A stretch of DNA of 64,000 nt from Zygnema circumcarinatum SAG 698-1b. Its lineage: Eukaryota; Plantae; Zygnematophyceae. Below are positions 35,601-53,700 of this stretch, one piece after another. A program made the translations under genes and the position numbers. Numbering within the stretch: the stretch's first letter is position 1; the number at the start of each line of letters is the position of its first letter. Under the pieces are notes generated by a model. The model was not told where the DNA came from, searched no databases, and saw only the letters and a list, made by a program, of their open reading frames with translations. The DNA lies in NCBI GenBank assembly GCA_037447605.1, contig CM074810.1, positions 3,010,880 to 3,074,879 of the forward strand, written 5' to 3'.

Positions 35601-36984
35601 CCAATTTAAACTTCTCTTTGTCCAACACTACTTTATCGAAGTTGGATGGAGTAAGAACAACGACATCAGAGGGAGCAGCTCCGATTGAAGCCGACGTGCC
35701 TGCATTGCATAAACCTTGATTCAATTTAGTAATTTTCAATCGAGCTTCTAATACATTAGACGACTTTTGCAATGCCTTTGCAGGATGTTCTCAACAAAAC
35801 ACATTTTTCTCAGTGAATAGAATTGCTCCTCTTCACAATAATGTGGGAAAACTTCAAGCTCCAGTGCAGACTACTATGATAAGAGCACATCGGACTTCAT
35901 CTAGTTCCAACATGACAAGAAGATCAAAGGTATTCTACATTAACCAACAAAGCAAGAGACCCGTTTCAAGTCTGACAGTTTGTGCACATACCAGCCTTTT
36001 CATTTACGAAGTCAATGATATCTTGTGCAGTGCGGCCCCCATTATATCTGCATCCACATTGGATGAAAAACAACAAATTAAGTTTACGCTTTGAAGTCAG
36101 TCAGCATAATACCGGCTACCTTGCAAAGGAATATTTGGAACATATAATTTACACCTGACAAGATATACACTAATTAAAGCGGTTGATAACTGGTCCACCA
36201 GTAGACGAGTTCTTAAAATGAGGAGACATCCTGCACTTACGCTTCAGGCTCAAGCGATCCCTTAGGGAAAAACTTCAACGTAGGGTATCCTGACACGCCA
36301 AACCGCGAGCAGAGTTCCTTGTGCTCATCACAATCTACCTGCTCCCAAAAAAATGAAAGACCCAGTCAGAATGACAATGGTTCCAGAATGCCTTTGCACA
36401 AAATGAGAGCTTTAGAAGGGCTTAATAAGCATATAAAAGCAGGGGGAGAGGCATTCATTACCTTGGCAATAACCGCGTTCTGTTTCTTGAAAGCTGTTCC
36501 AACTTGGTCGTATTCTGGTGCCAGCTTCTTACAGTGCCCACACCTGAGATAGTGCCAGACCACATCATATCAGTAAAAAACGAATAAGTAGAAACAAAAT
36601 AATAGTATCTCAAACCTGAAGCTGAATCAGAATAGCAGTCAGCTACACGCCAGTGAAGCTAAGCCATTTCCCCTCCCCTTGTTTAGGTATTTGCTTTGAG
36701 AATATCCGCCGAAAAAGCACATCGTGCAGCTTTATAGACCTCTTGCATGTTGCTCAACTCTGAGCTCCCATCATCAAGTTGACCAAATATCCAAATTCCT
36801 GGACCTTCACCACTTACCAAGGGGCGTAAAACTCCACGAAAGCGTCTTTGCCTTTTCCAACAAAGTCATCAAAGTTGTCAGGGTTCAGCACCGTCACATC
36901 GGATGCCTCCTCTTCAGCTGAAGAAATATAAACGAGTGCAGAGAATGTCAGCCATAGCAGCAGGATTCTGCTGCAGGCAGCCAT
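32645..36984 (-). CDS. PDIL2-1: Protein disulfide isomerase-like 2-1 (two thioredoxin CGHC domains plus ERp29 C-terminal domain)
   Basis: Signal peptide [42 protein letters not shown] (36817-36984, ~36460-36545); [28 protein letters not shown]; YNGGRTAQD; second [16 protein letters not shown]; [12 protein letters not shown]; [14 protein letters not shown]; [17 protein letters not shown]; [15 protein letters not shown]...KEED*. Confidence 0.93.
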
Positions 36985-37260
36985 GGCTTCAACCTTCGAA
37001 CCTTCCAACCTTCAAAAAATTCTGCTTCCTTGATTCCCGAGTCCCTGTTTGGCACTTATGCGGAGCTTCCTGGGAGGCAGTTACGTTTGGTAGAGAAAAC
37101 TAATTGCAAAATTGGGTCGTCTAATTCCGGGCAGCAAGGAAGAAACATGAAAAGCCCGCATCGCCGTCAGATATATCTTGAAATCGAATGGACGGTCATA
37201 AACTTCTTGAAGCGAAATCGCTGAAAAATTCCGCTCCAAATTTTTTTATGCGACGAGCAA

Positions 37261-37285
37261 TGACGTGGTTCTGCGACACGATTGG
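37261..37285. promoter_or_regulatory. UPRE-like TGACGTGG with nearby CCAAT box, ~280 bp upstream of the PDI start
   Basis: TGACGTGG at 37261-37268 and ATTGG at 37281-37285. TGACGTGR is the known bZIP60-type UPR element, and PDI genes are UPR targets. Confidence 0.45.
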
Positions 37286-39935
37286 TTCCGTACACTCTCG
37301 AGGAAAACATTTGAGTCGTCCGATTCACTATTGCTCGTGTACTCGACGGTGGTGGTGTTCAGAGTCACGCGATTGGTCCGTCGGCGTCCTAAATTTTTTT
37401 TCTCGAGCTTCCGAAGTCATTTGATTTCGGATATTTTCTTGATTTGTACGGAGGCTCTCCGATTGGATCCATTGCGAACTCGAAGGAGTCACACATCCAA
37501 TGGGAAGACGCCACATGTACTTTTTATGTACGTGGCATATATTCATTGGACAATGGAGAATTTTGATTTAGGGGCACTTTCCGTCCGCTAAACCTGGTTT
37601 TCGAGTCTGGTTTCGGAGCATATGGGACCAGAAAGGCGGCGGTTTCTGCGATAAAACGTGGGGGGGGAGGAGTTGCCTGCAGAGTCTTCCAATAGAGTGG
37701 CTTGCAGACTTTGAAAAAATAAAAAGTAGAGACCGTATGGAATTTGTATTAGAGGAAGAGCTTTGGATTTTGGATTTTAGATTTTCTCTGTCACCACTCA
37801 TTTCGCAGAAGGCGTGTCACCGATTCTGAATATCGGAAAATGTGAAACCCTCTGTTAGAAGCTAGCAGGTTTCATTTGCCAAGTTCAGACTTCAGAAGTC
37901 TGAAAGTGTCCAAGAGGAGCTTCCCATTTTGGAAAACCGCTTTGAGACGGCAAGCCCTGAACCCCAAATACTCAAAACCCTAAAAAATTCTAAAGCCCTA
38001 AAATGTCAGCGCCCTAAAGAGCCGTTAGAAATGGAGCCCTATCGTCTAATTCTTCAATGCTTTGAATTCCCTAAGCATCCAATACCAGAAAGCCTTGGAA
38101 ATTGAAACCCTAATTTTTCAGAACCTCTACTTCTGAAACCCTAAATGTTCCAAACTCTTAAATTTTGGGTCTATCTGTTTAGCATTTCTGTCAAGTCTTT
38201 TGGTTCTTTGGGTCGACAGTTGCAAGACACGGAACCTTTGATTTGCGGCGTCGTTTAATTCTTATGAGGCCTCATTGATTGTGTGTTCAAAACCGTCATT
38301 CCTACTTTAGATGTTGCAAAGGTTCGTTCGAGATTGTCTGCATGCACTGCTCATGTTCTATGCCAACAGTGGGATGCGAGAGAGGTGGAAATGAAGTGAT
38401 GGGAAGGCGGGAGAGGCTTCAGCAAAGAGGGGGAGAGGGAGGAGAGGAGTGGGAGCGAGCCTGCAGTTGCCGAGGATGACCCGCTATCCTTGCGCTATGA
38501 CTGGAGTGTTTCGACACTTCAAAGAAGAAATGCAATTGTTGCCAAACTGCTAATCTTGGCACCTGAGGCAGCTTTTGGCTCGGCTCGGCTCCTTTCTTTG
38601 AGTGCTTGAGTTAGTTGAGGGTTTCATGTATGTTGTACTGTGGGAAACTGAAAAGCCACTAGACCAGAGTTGGAAAATTCATTGTTTACGGTATCGATGT
38701 GACCTGAACGGCTAGAGAAGGCGTGATTTGCATCATATTAACACGACTTTGTTTGGTTTTTTACACCTTGCAGAGCCTAATGTGCCAAGACAAGGTCTTT
38801 TGTTGTATTCTCAACTTGTAAAGAACGTTGAAGAGTATGGTTCTGCATGGATGGATTCGGGGAGCTACTTATCGACATTCAGAATCATCCGTCCTTGCAG
38901 TCGAATCTGAAAGCTGCGAGTTTGGGCCGGGCACCACGTGGTGTTGCTTAAAGGTCTGCAGAGTGGAGAGGCTAAAAAAATTAGAGCAGCTGTTGAAAAG
39001 GTTAGCATTGCGGCCAAGCATCGCAAGTTCGCGATGTGGAACATACGGGTTATGTATTTTTAACATTGAACGAGCGAGTATGGAGTTAAGACCACCTATT
39101 GGAGCTTGGGTGTCTTGCTACCTGTGATTGGGGTTTATTGTACGAGTGAGCAGCGGTGAGAACTGTATTAGTGCGATCCACCACTGGCTACGAACTGCCT
39201 GTGATTGGAGTGCAGAGGGAGGGAGGGGGGGGGGTGCGGGAGGCGCTGTGTGGGGCTTGAGGGAGAGTGAGGAGGAAGTGGAGAAGGGAAGAATCCCACA
39301 ACAACACTGAAGGGCCGTCGAAATTCACAGGGTTACACAGTCAGAGCAACATTCAATTGAACAGGTTAGGCTTTTTAACGTTTTGAGAGAAAATATGTGG
39401 AGGGATGAAAAATTGAGAAGTAGAATGTGTTGACAAAAGAAAATCGCAGCAATTACATAAGTAGAAGCGCACTTCCCGTCAAATCTCACTTTAGGCCGAC
39501 TATCTATTCCCCTGCATGACTTCACACGCTACCAGATGGGCTTGCTTTTGCGCCGCCCCCTCCCCCTCTCCCAGCATTCGCTCCCCCCATCCCATTCCCT
39601 TCCCCCTCCCCACTTCCTCTTCCCCCCCCCCCCCCTCCCCCCCCCGTCCCCCTCCCCGATTCCCCCTTCCCCTCCCCGGCCTACCACTCCCCCTCCTCCC
39701 CCTCTCGCCTTTCACCTGAGACCTCACCCTTCCCCCCTCAACCCCCCCTACCCGCGCAACCCCCCTCTCTCTCTGCCTCTCTCTCTCCCCCTCTCTCACT
39801 CTCTGCATTAAAAAAAAGGCTGACTGAACCATCTAACGTTCCAGAACGTCTCTTCGTGATAGAATCCAGCGGAAACATTTCCACTTCATTTAGTAAAAAT
39901 AACCATTTTCAAAGAACATCCTTTCAAGGGAATAG

Positions 39936-42018
39936 TCAAGTTTGCCTAAATCTCAATCTGTAAACGTCCACATCATCGCACTGATATACATCGTCGAGAT
40001 CACTCGCCGAAACCTTCTCTCTGTCAAAATATCGATCTGCCTGAGCATAGAACAACTCTTCCGCCGTTCTGTTCCGTCCGTATGCAATGTAAATCACCGT
40101 TTTTGTTCCGCACAAAGAGCGGAGTACTTCCAATAACGGCGAAACTAATACACAATCATATAAAACATCTGTTGTAACGACTAAATCTAAGGGAGGGTCA
40201 AGCTCCTGTATGGAAGAAACCCCCCACTCAAGCTCTCTCACATGTGTCGCCTCTCCCAACCCATTCCGTTTACAGTTCCGTAAAATCAACGGAATGTTAA
40301 CTCCCAAATCGGTTATGTACATGGAAGATGCTCCGAGGAAGGCTGCCACTACACCTGCCCTCCCCACTCTCGCCAAATAACAAATATATTAACAGCTATC
40401 TCCTTGGTCACAACATCAGACATAGGAGCTGGGCATTGTACTTACAACAAAGCCTATAAGGTGTTACAAAAAAAGGGAAGTGAAGGCAGCGAATTTAAGA
40501 GTCCTTAAATATTCTTAGCTTACCAACAAGACCGCATCCGGCTCCAAGTTCAACGCATCGTTTATTCTCTACTAGTTGGGGAGATTTCTCAAAAAGCTTG
40601 GACAAAACAATGGAACTATCCCAAACTGCATTGGAACATCACCAAACATCCAAAGTATAAGTCAATGAGTTCATCGCATGCTTCGTGTTTCCGTCCCCTC
40701 TCTCTCCTTCTCTCTTCCCCCCATCTCCCCCCATCCAGTCTTCCAGTCATCGTGAAGTGAATCTCATCTGCTTCTCTTTCGTTTATTCTTCTAAAAAAAA
40801 TCCTTTCTTTCCGAATCCAAAAGTAAAAGCACGACTTTTCGCAAGCGAGAAGCATACGAAGAAAGGACTAACGAAAATCGTAGGGTTCCTTCAAGAATGA
40901 GAAAACCCTAGCGATGCCCAACTCAAATTTGTAGTTTTCTTTTGCCTTGCAGGTTCACCTTACGGCTTTTGGAGACCTTCAAATTTCACATACCTTCTCT
41001 TTTCCGAACTTGTCTGCAAGTCTCTGAACTGTTTTGCACATTACCTGTGGATGCGAAGCCCAACTCCTTAAAGCGCGCCTGTTCGATAGTTAAAGTCTGC
41101 AGCTCTCCCTTAACTTTCAAAGTATGCAAATAAGGGCGATCGAACCGATCCCTGTCTGGCCTGCCAAAAAGAACACAAAAGGTGCAGGGAAAAAAGGGTA
41201 AAGCAAGAGAAAAAGGACAGTCTCCCAGGCCCCTCCGTTAGGGTTTCCCAGGGTTATCAGATCTTTGACCATTCTTTTAAGGCTTTCAGATATTGATGAG
41301 TTCGTTGTTGAGTACTTTCAAGAAGTTGAAGGTTTCGGGATTTTCGAGGTCTTTAGAGATTTCAGAGTTGCGAATTGCTTAAGGATTCAAGAAGTTCAGG
41401 AATTTAAAGTCTATTGGCATTCATGAGCCTTCTTTAAGGTTTCAAGAAGTTTACAGATTATTAAGGGTTCGTAAAATAGGGGGTTCTTCAGTTCAGCAGA
41501 AACATCTAGGAAACTGAAACCTTGGAGATGTCTTGCAACATTTCTGAAACTCAAGAAAATGCACAAGTGCTCACACAAGTCACATTCATCCAAGAACACA
41601 TCAGTTTTAGTTCTCGTTGGTTTTTCATTTGGACCGTTGGATCAGAAATGGACAACATACACAAATGCATGCATGGATGCTTTCGTCATATGACTCACTT
41701 GCCCTCGCGCTTCCAAACCCACGCCTGCAAAAAGGCATTCCGTGGTTCTGCCTTCTCTATTACCCCCTCATCCACATCCGCGGGCCTCTCTCTTTCTCTC
41801 CCTCTCCCCCTCTCTCCCTCCCTCCCTCTACTCACTCCCTCCCTCCCTCTACTCTCTCCCTCCCTCCCTCTACTCTCTCCCTCCCTCCCTCTACTCTCTC
41901 CTTCCCTCCCTCTCTTCGCCTCCCTCCCTGCCTCCCTCTTCCGCACTCTCCGCTCGGTTCGGCTCCGACTATGACTCCGCTTCCTCTCCGTTTTAACTTC
42001 AGCAGAGAGCGTCTCCAT
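39936..42018 (-). CDS. Methyltransf_16 (METTL21/EEF1AKMT-like) protein lysine methyltransferase
   Basis: Exons ~41705-42018, ~41044-41161 (RFDRPYLHTL...TIEQARFKELGFAST), ~40523-40628 (VWDSSIVLSKLFE...VENKRCVELGAGCGLVG), ~39936-40370 (YITDL...VRELEWG...DLVVTTDVLYD). Confidence 0.88.
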
Positions 42019-42279
42019 ACTTCCCAAAAGTAAAACTTAAACAGCTGGTGTTAACAACCATCAAAAACCATGTTCAGGAAAATCTGAATCTTCAACTTTA
42101 ACATTTCAAACTCTTCAAGTTCGTCCGCTCTTGAAACCCTAGAAAGGGGCGCCATGAATGAGTGACGAAATTTGGAAGGGGCAAAAACCGACAAACACAG
42201 GACGTACAGCCACCACGAAAGGCGTAAGGTCCAACGTGTCATATGCCACGTCAGTGATAATCTAGCTGGCTCTTTGTCA

Positions 42280-42492
42280 TTGGTTGAAATGAGATTTGGG
42301 TTGTGTCTTGATCAGTTTGTAATGCGCCTCCATTGGTTAACGGGAGATTTGGGATTGTGCCTTGAGCAGTTTGTGGTGCGCCTCCGTTGGCTGACATGAG
42401 ATTTGGGGTGTGCCTTGAGCAGTTTCCGGTGCGCCTCCGTTGGTTGACGCGAGATTTGGGATGTGTCTTGAGCAGTTTGTGGTACGCCTCCA
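42280..42492. repeat. 53-54-bp minisatellite, ~4 copies
   Basis: GAGATTTGGG..TGTG(T/C)CTTGAGCAGTTT...GCGCCTCC(A/G)TTGG units start at 42291, 42344, 42398 and 42451. Confidence 0.9.
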
Positions 42493-43168
42493 TGAAGTCC
42501 GTACTTGTACTTTTTCCTCGTGGTTTCACATTTCCTCCCTTTGAACCAGCCACTGAAGAATCGCCGCAGCATTGAATTATTTGCTGACTTGCACATTCTT
42601 AGAATGTGAAAATGAGCATTTTTAAATATTTTTTACAATAAAAATCGATTCCAAATTGGCATGTCCAGCAGTACGGAAGCTTGCCAAAATGCAGACTTTT
42701 TAGTGGGGATAGACAGGCGGCAGCCTGCAAGAAGCACTAGTATAAAACGGACGGAGGGGCAGGAGGGAGGCAGGAAAAGAGGGGAAAGGGGGAGGAGAAT
42801 GGCGAACGATGGAGGGAGAGGTACAAGGAAGCGAGAGAGAGTGAGACGGAGAAAGGGAAGGTGGGGGAAGGGGGAGAGGGTGAGAGGAGAACGAGGGAGG
42901 GAGAGGGAGAGGGAAGGCGGGTAAAGGCGGCGAGAGGGGAGAGAGAGGGAGCGAGAGAGGGAGGGAGAGTGGGAGGACAGGGAGAGATTCTCGAGCTTTG
43001 GTCCTGCAATTTTGCTGTAATTCTTATTATGGGCCGCCTTATTAACAAAATAGGCAAAAAACTGCCCAATATTCCAGACCATAAAACTGCATGTTTCTCA
43101 AAGAAACCAACCCTAATCCCTTACTTCCAGCATTGTTTAACCAATTCATGTCACGCTTCTCTTACGTC

Positions 43169-43724
43169 CTACTTTTCGTATATACTGGCTGCCATCTCTT
43201 CCACTTCCTTCACTACCTCCTCATATTCCGACAAAAAGGCTGCTGCACTCTCTTCATCCACTTCTACCTTCGCTTCCTTTGGAGGCTTCGGCAGAATGAG
43301 CATGCAGCTGGTTGGTCTCTTTGTGGCTCCAGCTGCTCCCAAATCCTGACGAAAAAACACACAGTCAATGCACTGTTTTCTTGAGGAAAAATGTCTTACA
43401 TTCCTAGTGTTTGATTCTCTCATTGTGGTCTTGATGAAGCATGCAGGGTGTCTGATGAAGACTGTCGGCAAACGGAAGAGTACAACAATCCAAACATTTC
43501 ACTCCCTGCATAGAAATTAGCTCTCATGAATGAAATGAGGTCGAGGCAACTCACTTCCTTGGAAGGCACATAGACATAGGGAACATTGGCCTCTTCGCAG
43601 AGGATGGGTAAATGGGTGATGACATCAATTGGAGATATATCGCCAGCTATTAGGCACAGCCTGCATATCGCAAAGCACCAAAAGGGACAATCGAGTTAGG
43701 GGAAACAGGAGAAGGGAGGAGGCG

Positions 43725-43780
<56 letters not shown>

Positions 43781-43995
43781 GAGAGGAGGGAGAGAGGGAG
43801 AGTGTGCCGCTCCTTCCAGAAGGTCCTTGGATACCAAAGGGAAGGAGAGAAACTGGGAAGAGGGAGGGGAAGAGGTGAAAGTGGCAGAGCGGGAGAGACG
43901 GGAGAATTGAAAAAGCAGTGCAGAGACAAAGTGATTTTGAGAAGCAGAGAGGAGACACAAGGGGGGGAGGGGGCGAGGGAGGCCGAGAAAGAGTT

Positions 43996-44031
<36 letters not shown>

Positions 44032-44694
44032 GGGGGGATAGAGATGCCTCACACATTCACATACCCTTTTTGTCCTTTCCTCAAAGCTTTGACCACCTCC
44101 TTCACGCCTCGCTTCAGTTGCTTCGTTTTCGCAGCTGGCAATTGTCTCCCAATGCGCATACAGAGGCTAATCAGAATTGGACACTTTCACAACGTATTTC
44201 TGGAAAAGTCGTCCAAAAAAAAATAGACAAGCTTGGACGCACGAAAGGAAGCAATGTAGACAATGAATTGTGAAGTGCGCAATATTTCAAAATTCCAACT
44301 TTGAGAGAAGGAAACGAAATTGGAGATTTCATGTTCCAAACCAAAGCAATAATTGCTCCAATAATGAAGCTGTCTACTAACAAAACACATTGAGATATAC
44401 GCAGCTTGGTTCAACAGTGCGTTGATTCCAAACTGAAACTGTTACTCATAGAAGAGTCCAGCATTCCTCCGCATGTACTAAGCAGCTGCTTAGAAAACAT
44501 CAAACTTAAGGAAGCCAAGAAAAAATACATTAAGAGGAAAATAAACTGCACATCTGCTTACCCTTTTTAACAATTTTCAGCGCTTTTTTGTTCAGCTTTT
44601 TGGAGACGAGAGGTTTCGCAATCGGACTGAGAAAAAGCCATTTCTTCTTGTCCTTCTCCTTCTCCTTCTTCTCATCCTCCGCGACATTCGCCAT
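43169..44694 (-). CDS. NHP2: H/ACA snoRNP subunit NHP2 (L7Ae family), 4 exons
   Basis: LSPIAKPLVSKKLNKKALKIVKK / AAKTKQLKRGVKEVVKALRKGQKG / LCLIAGDISPIDVITHLPILCEEANVPYVYVPSKE / DLGAAGATKRPTSCMLI...YEEVVKEV. Confidence 0.95.
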
Positions 44695-45591
44695 GGCTCT
44701 CGCCCTCACCTAACCCTAACCCTAACTCTCGCACAGGTCCCCTCCTGCGATGGATCTGAACAAAAACCTCCTTCAACCCTCACGCTTTTTGCAATCCGCC
44801 GCACTCACAGCACTGGAGATATGAACAAAAAAACCTTCAAATTCAGGTTGTATGCAGGGTTCTGTCCAAGCCTGCACTGGCAGCAGCAGCAAACCCTAAA
44901 AGGCTCCTCCTGCAGCCAGCGGGAGGAGGGTAGGGCTCTGCTGCCCTTCCTGCACGACCCTGAACCCTCTCCGTACAGTGGCTTGAGGTACCGTACAAGG
45001 ATGACTTCACACGCGCGAATCCGTCTTCAACCGTCCATACAGTACAGTACTTTCTGAGCAAAATCCTCCGTACGAAAGGACAATCGGACTGGCAATTTAC
45101 TGTAACTGCGTACATGGAGCTTGATAAGTCTAACAGGGTTCCATGTGAACTCACGTGAACAATTTTCAAATTAACTGGATGAAATGTTGTGGAGAGCTTT
45201 GATTGGTTCCGACATTATCGGAGAACTGTAACAGATACGTCAACGGGTTCTTCACATTTTGCTCCTTTCAGAAAAGTGGGTTTGGGATTGTTCTGAAGAA
45301 GCTTCCAGGCCCGCGAGGACCAACAGCCAAGAAATAGGGTAGGATTAGGGTTAGGGTTAGGGTTAGGGTTCAAGATGAGGGTTTGGGCTTGCAGGGTCTA
45401 GGGTTCATGTTTGCAGCATTCCGGCCGTTGACGGCCTCACGGTACTCAATTCCGACAAGTGCAAGAGCCTGATTGGTCGGGCTTTCGGTCGCTAACTGCA
45501 TCAGTTAAACATTTCGTTGTGAGGGTTTTTCTAGGTTTCAGGGTTTAGGGTTTAGGGTTTAGGGTTGTGAGGGCCCCACCCACCCGCCGCC

Positions 45592-52329
<6,738 letters not shown>

Positions 52330-52884
52330 CTTCTATGTTGCTCGCTGTTCCGTTAAAGTTAAACGGCAACACCGTTGTATAGAACTTGTACCCTATTTCT
52401 CAGGCGTCTCAAGGAGAGAGCAGAAATGCATTTTTCATGTAGAAATAAGTGAAGTCGAGCATCCGGTTTTACTTTTGTATTGGAGAAGTTTAGTTATGTG
52501 CGCGGGGAGGTGATGTCGCAAAGGCACCGTTTGCATCACTTTTGTTTTCATAGGAAACTGTTATTCTTTTGTCGCTGTCTTTCTTCCTTCGCCCAGTTTT
52601 TTTTTTTTTTTTTTTACAAGTTTTTTACTTTGTTATTATGTAACGCCTGAGAACAGCGATGTAATTTCCTCTAAAGCGAATCCTCCCTGTAAAGGAGAAG
52701 CTCTTTTTGAACATCTGCTACGGATTCTTGAGACTGTTTGTATTTGACATGGAACCTGTTGTGCGCACAATCAGAATTTCTGATTCTCTCGGCCCTGCGC
52801 CCTTGGCCTTCCGCCTTCTCGTTTTTGCCTTCGTTCGTACTTTGGCCGTCCCTTTGCGGCAACGGACAAGCACATCGGCTCAAC

Positions 52885-53225
52885 GGCTTCCGGACTGCCA
52901 CGTGTGATAAAGGTTTCGGAATTTGGCCGTTGGATATGCCACGTGTACACGCCTGGACTGTCGCGTGGGGTGAAGGCTTCGGTTTTTAACCGTAGGATAT
53001 GTCACGTGTACCAGCGCCAAATGCCACATAATGATGAGGGTTTTGGATTTTGACCGTAGGATATGCCACATGTACACGCCTGGACTGCCACGCGTGACGA
53101 GGGTTTCCGGTTTTGACCGTAGGATATGTCACGTGTACCCACTCAAATTGCCACGTGTGATAAAAGCTTTGGATTTCGACCGTTGGATATGTCACGTCTA
53201 CTCGCGCAATTGCCACGTGCGAGGG
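52885..53225. repeat. 63-bp minisatellite (5 copies) carrying ACCGT(T/A)GGATATG(C/T)CACGTG
   Basis: GGATATG cores at 52932, 52995, 53059, 53122 and 53185. Confidence 0.88.
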
Positions 53226-53700
53226 TTTCTGCTCATGGGCGTTCCACGTAAGCAAGAGTGTACACGTGGCGAATTTTCGCTAGGCGATGCTCGACTGCCA
53301 GTTCGCACCAGGGACGAGAGTTCAAACCCCAACGCTAACGCTTGCAAGGGAGGCACTGCCAAGCTCTGCTCTGCTTATAACCCGAATTCAACTCTTACCA
53401 AACCCAAAAAAAAAACAAAAAAAGACAATCTAATTTCACCAAACTCTCTGGTTTTCTCTCTCTCACCAAACTCTCATTTATTTCTAGCTTCAGTTCTAAA
53501 CTTCTCTCAATTTTATTCGATAAACTTACTTAAGCCTACCAAACCCTAAGCAAACCAAGATTCTCCATCTCCAACCCTTACCCTAATCTGAGCCCTCTTT
53601 TTTTGTGCCTGACAGAATTAACTTCGGAATTGCCTCAAACTTACATTCACCTTCATTCTTCTCCACTTTTATTCCAAACTCTAGCCATCCTTGCAGAACC

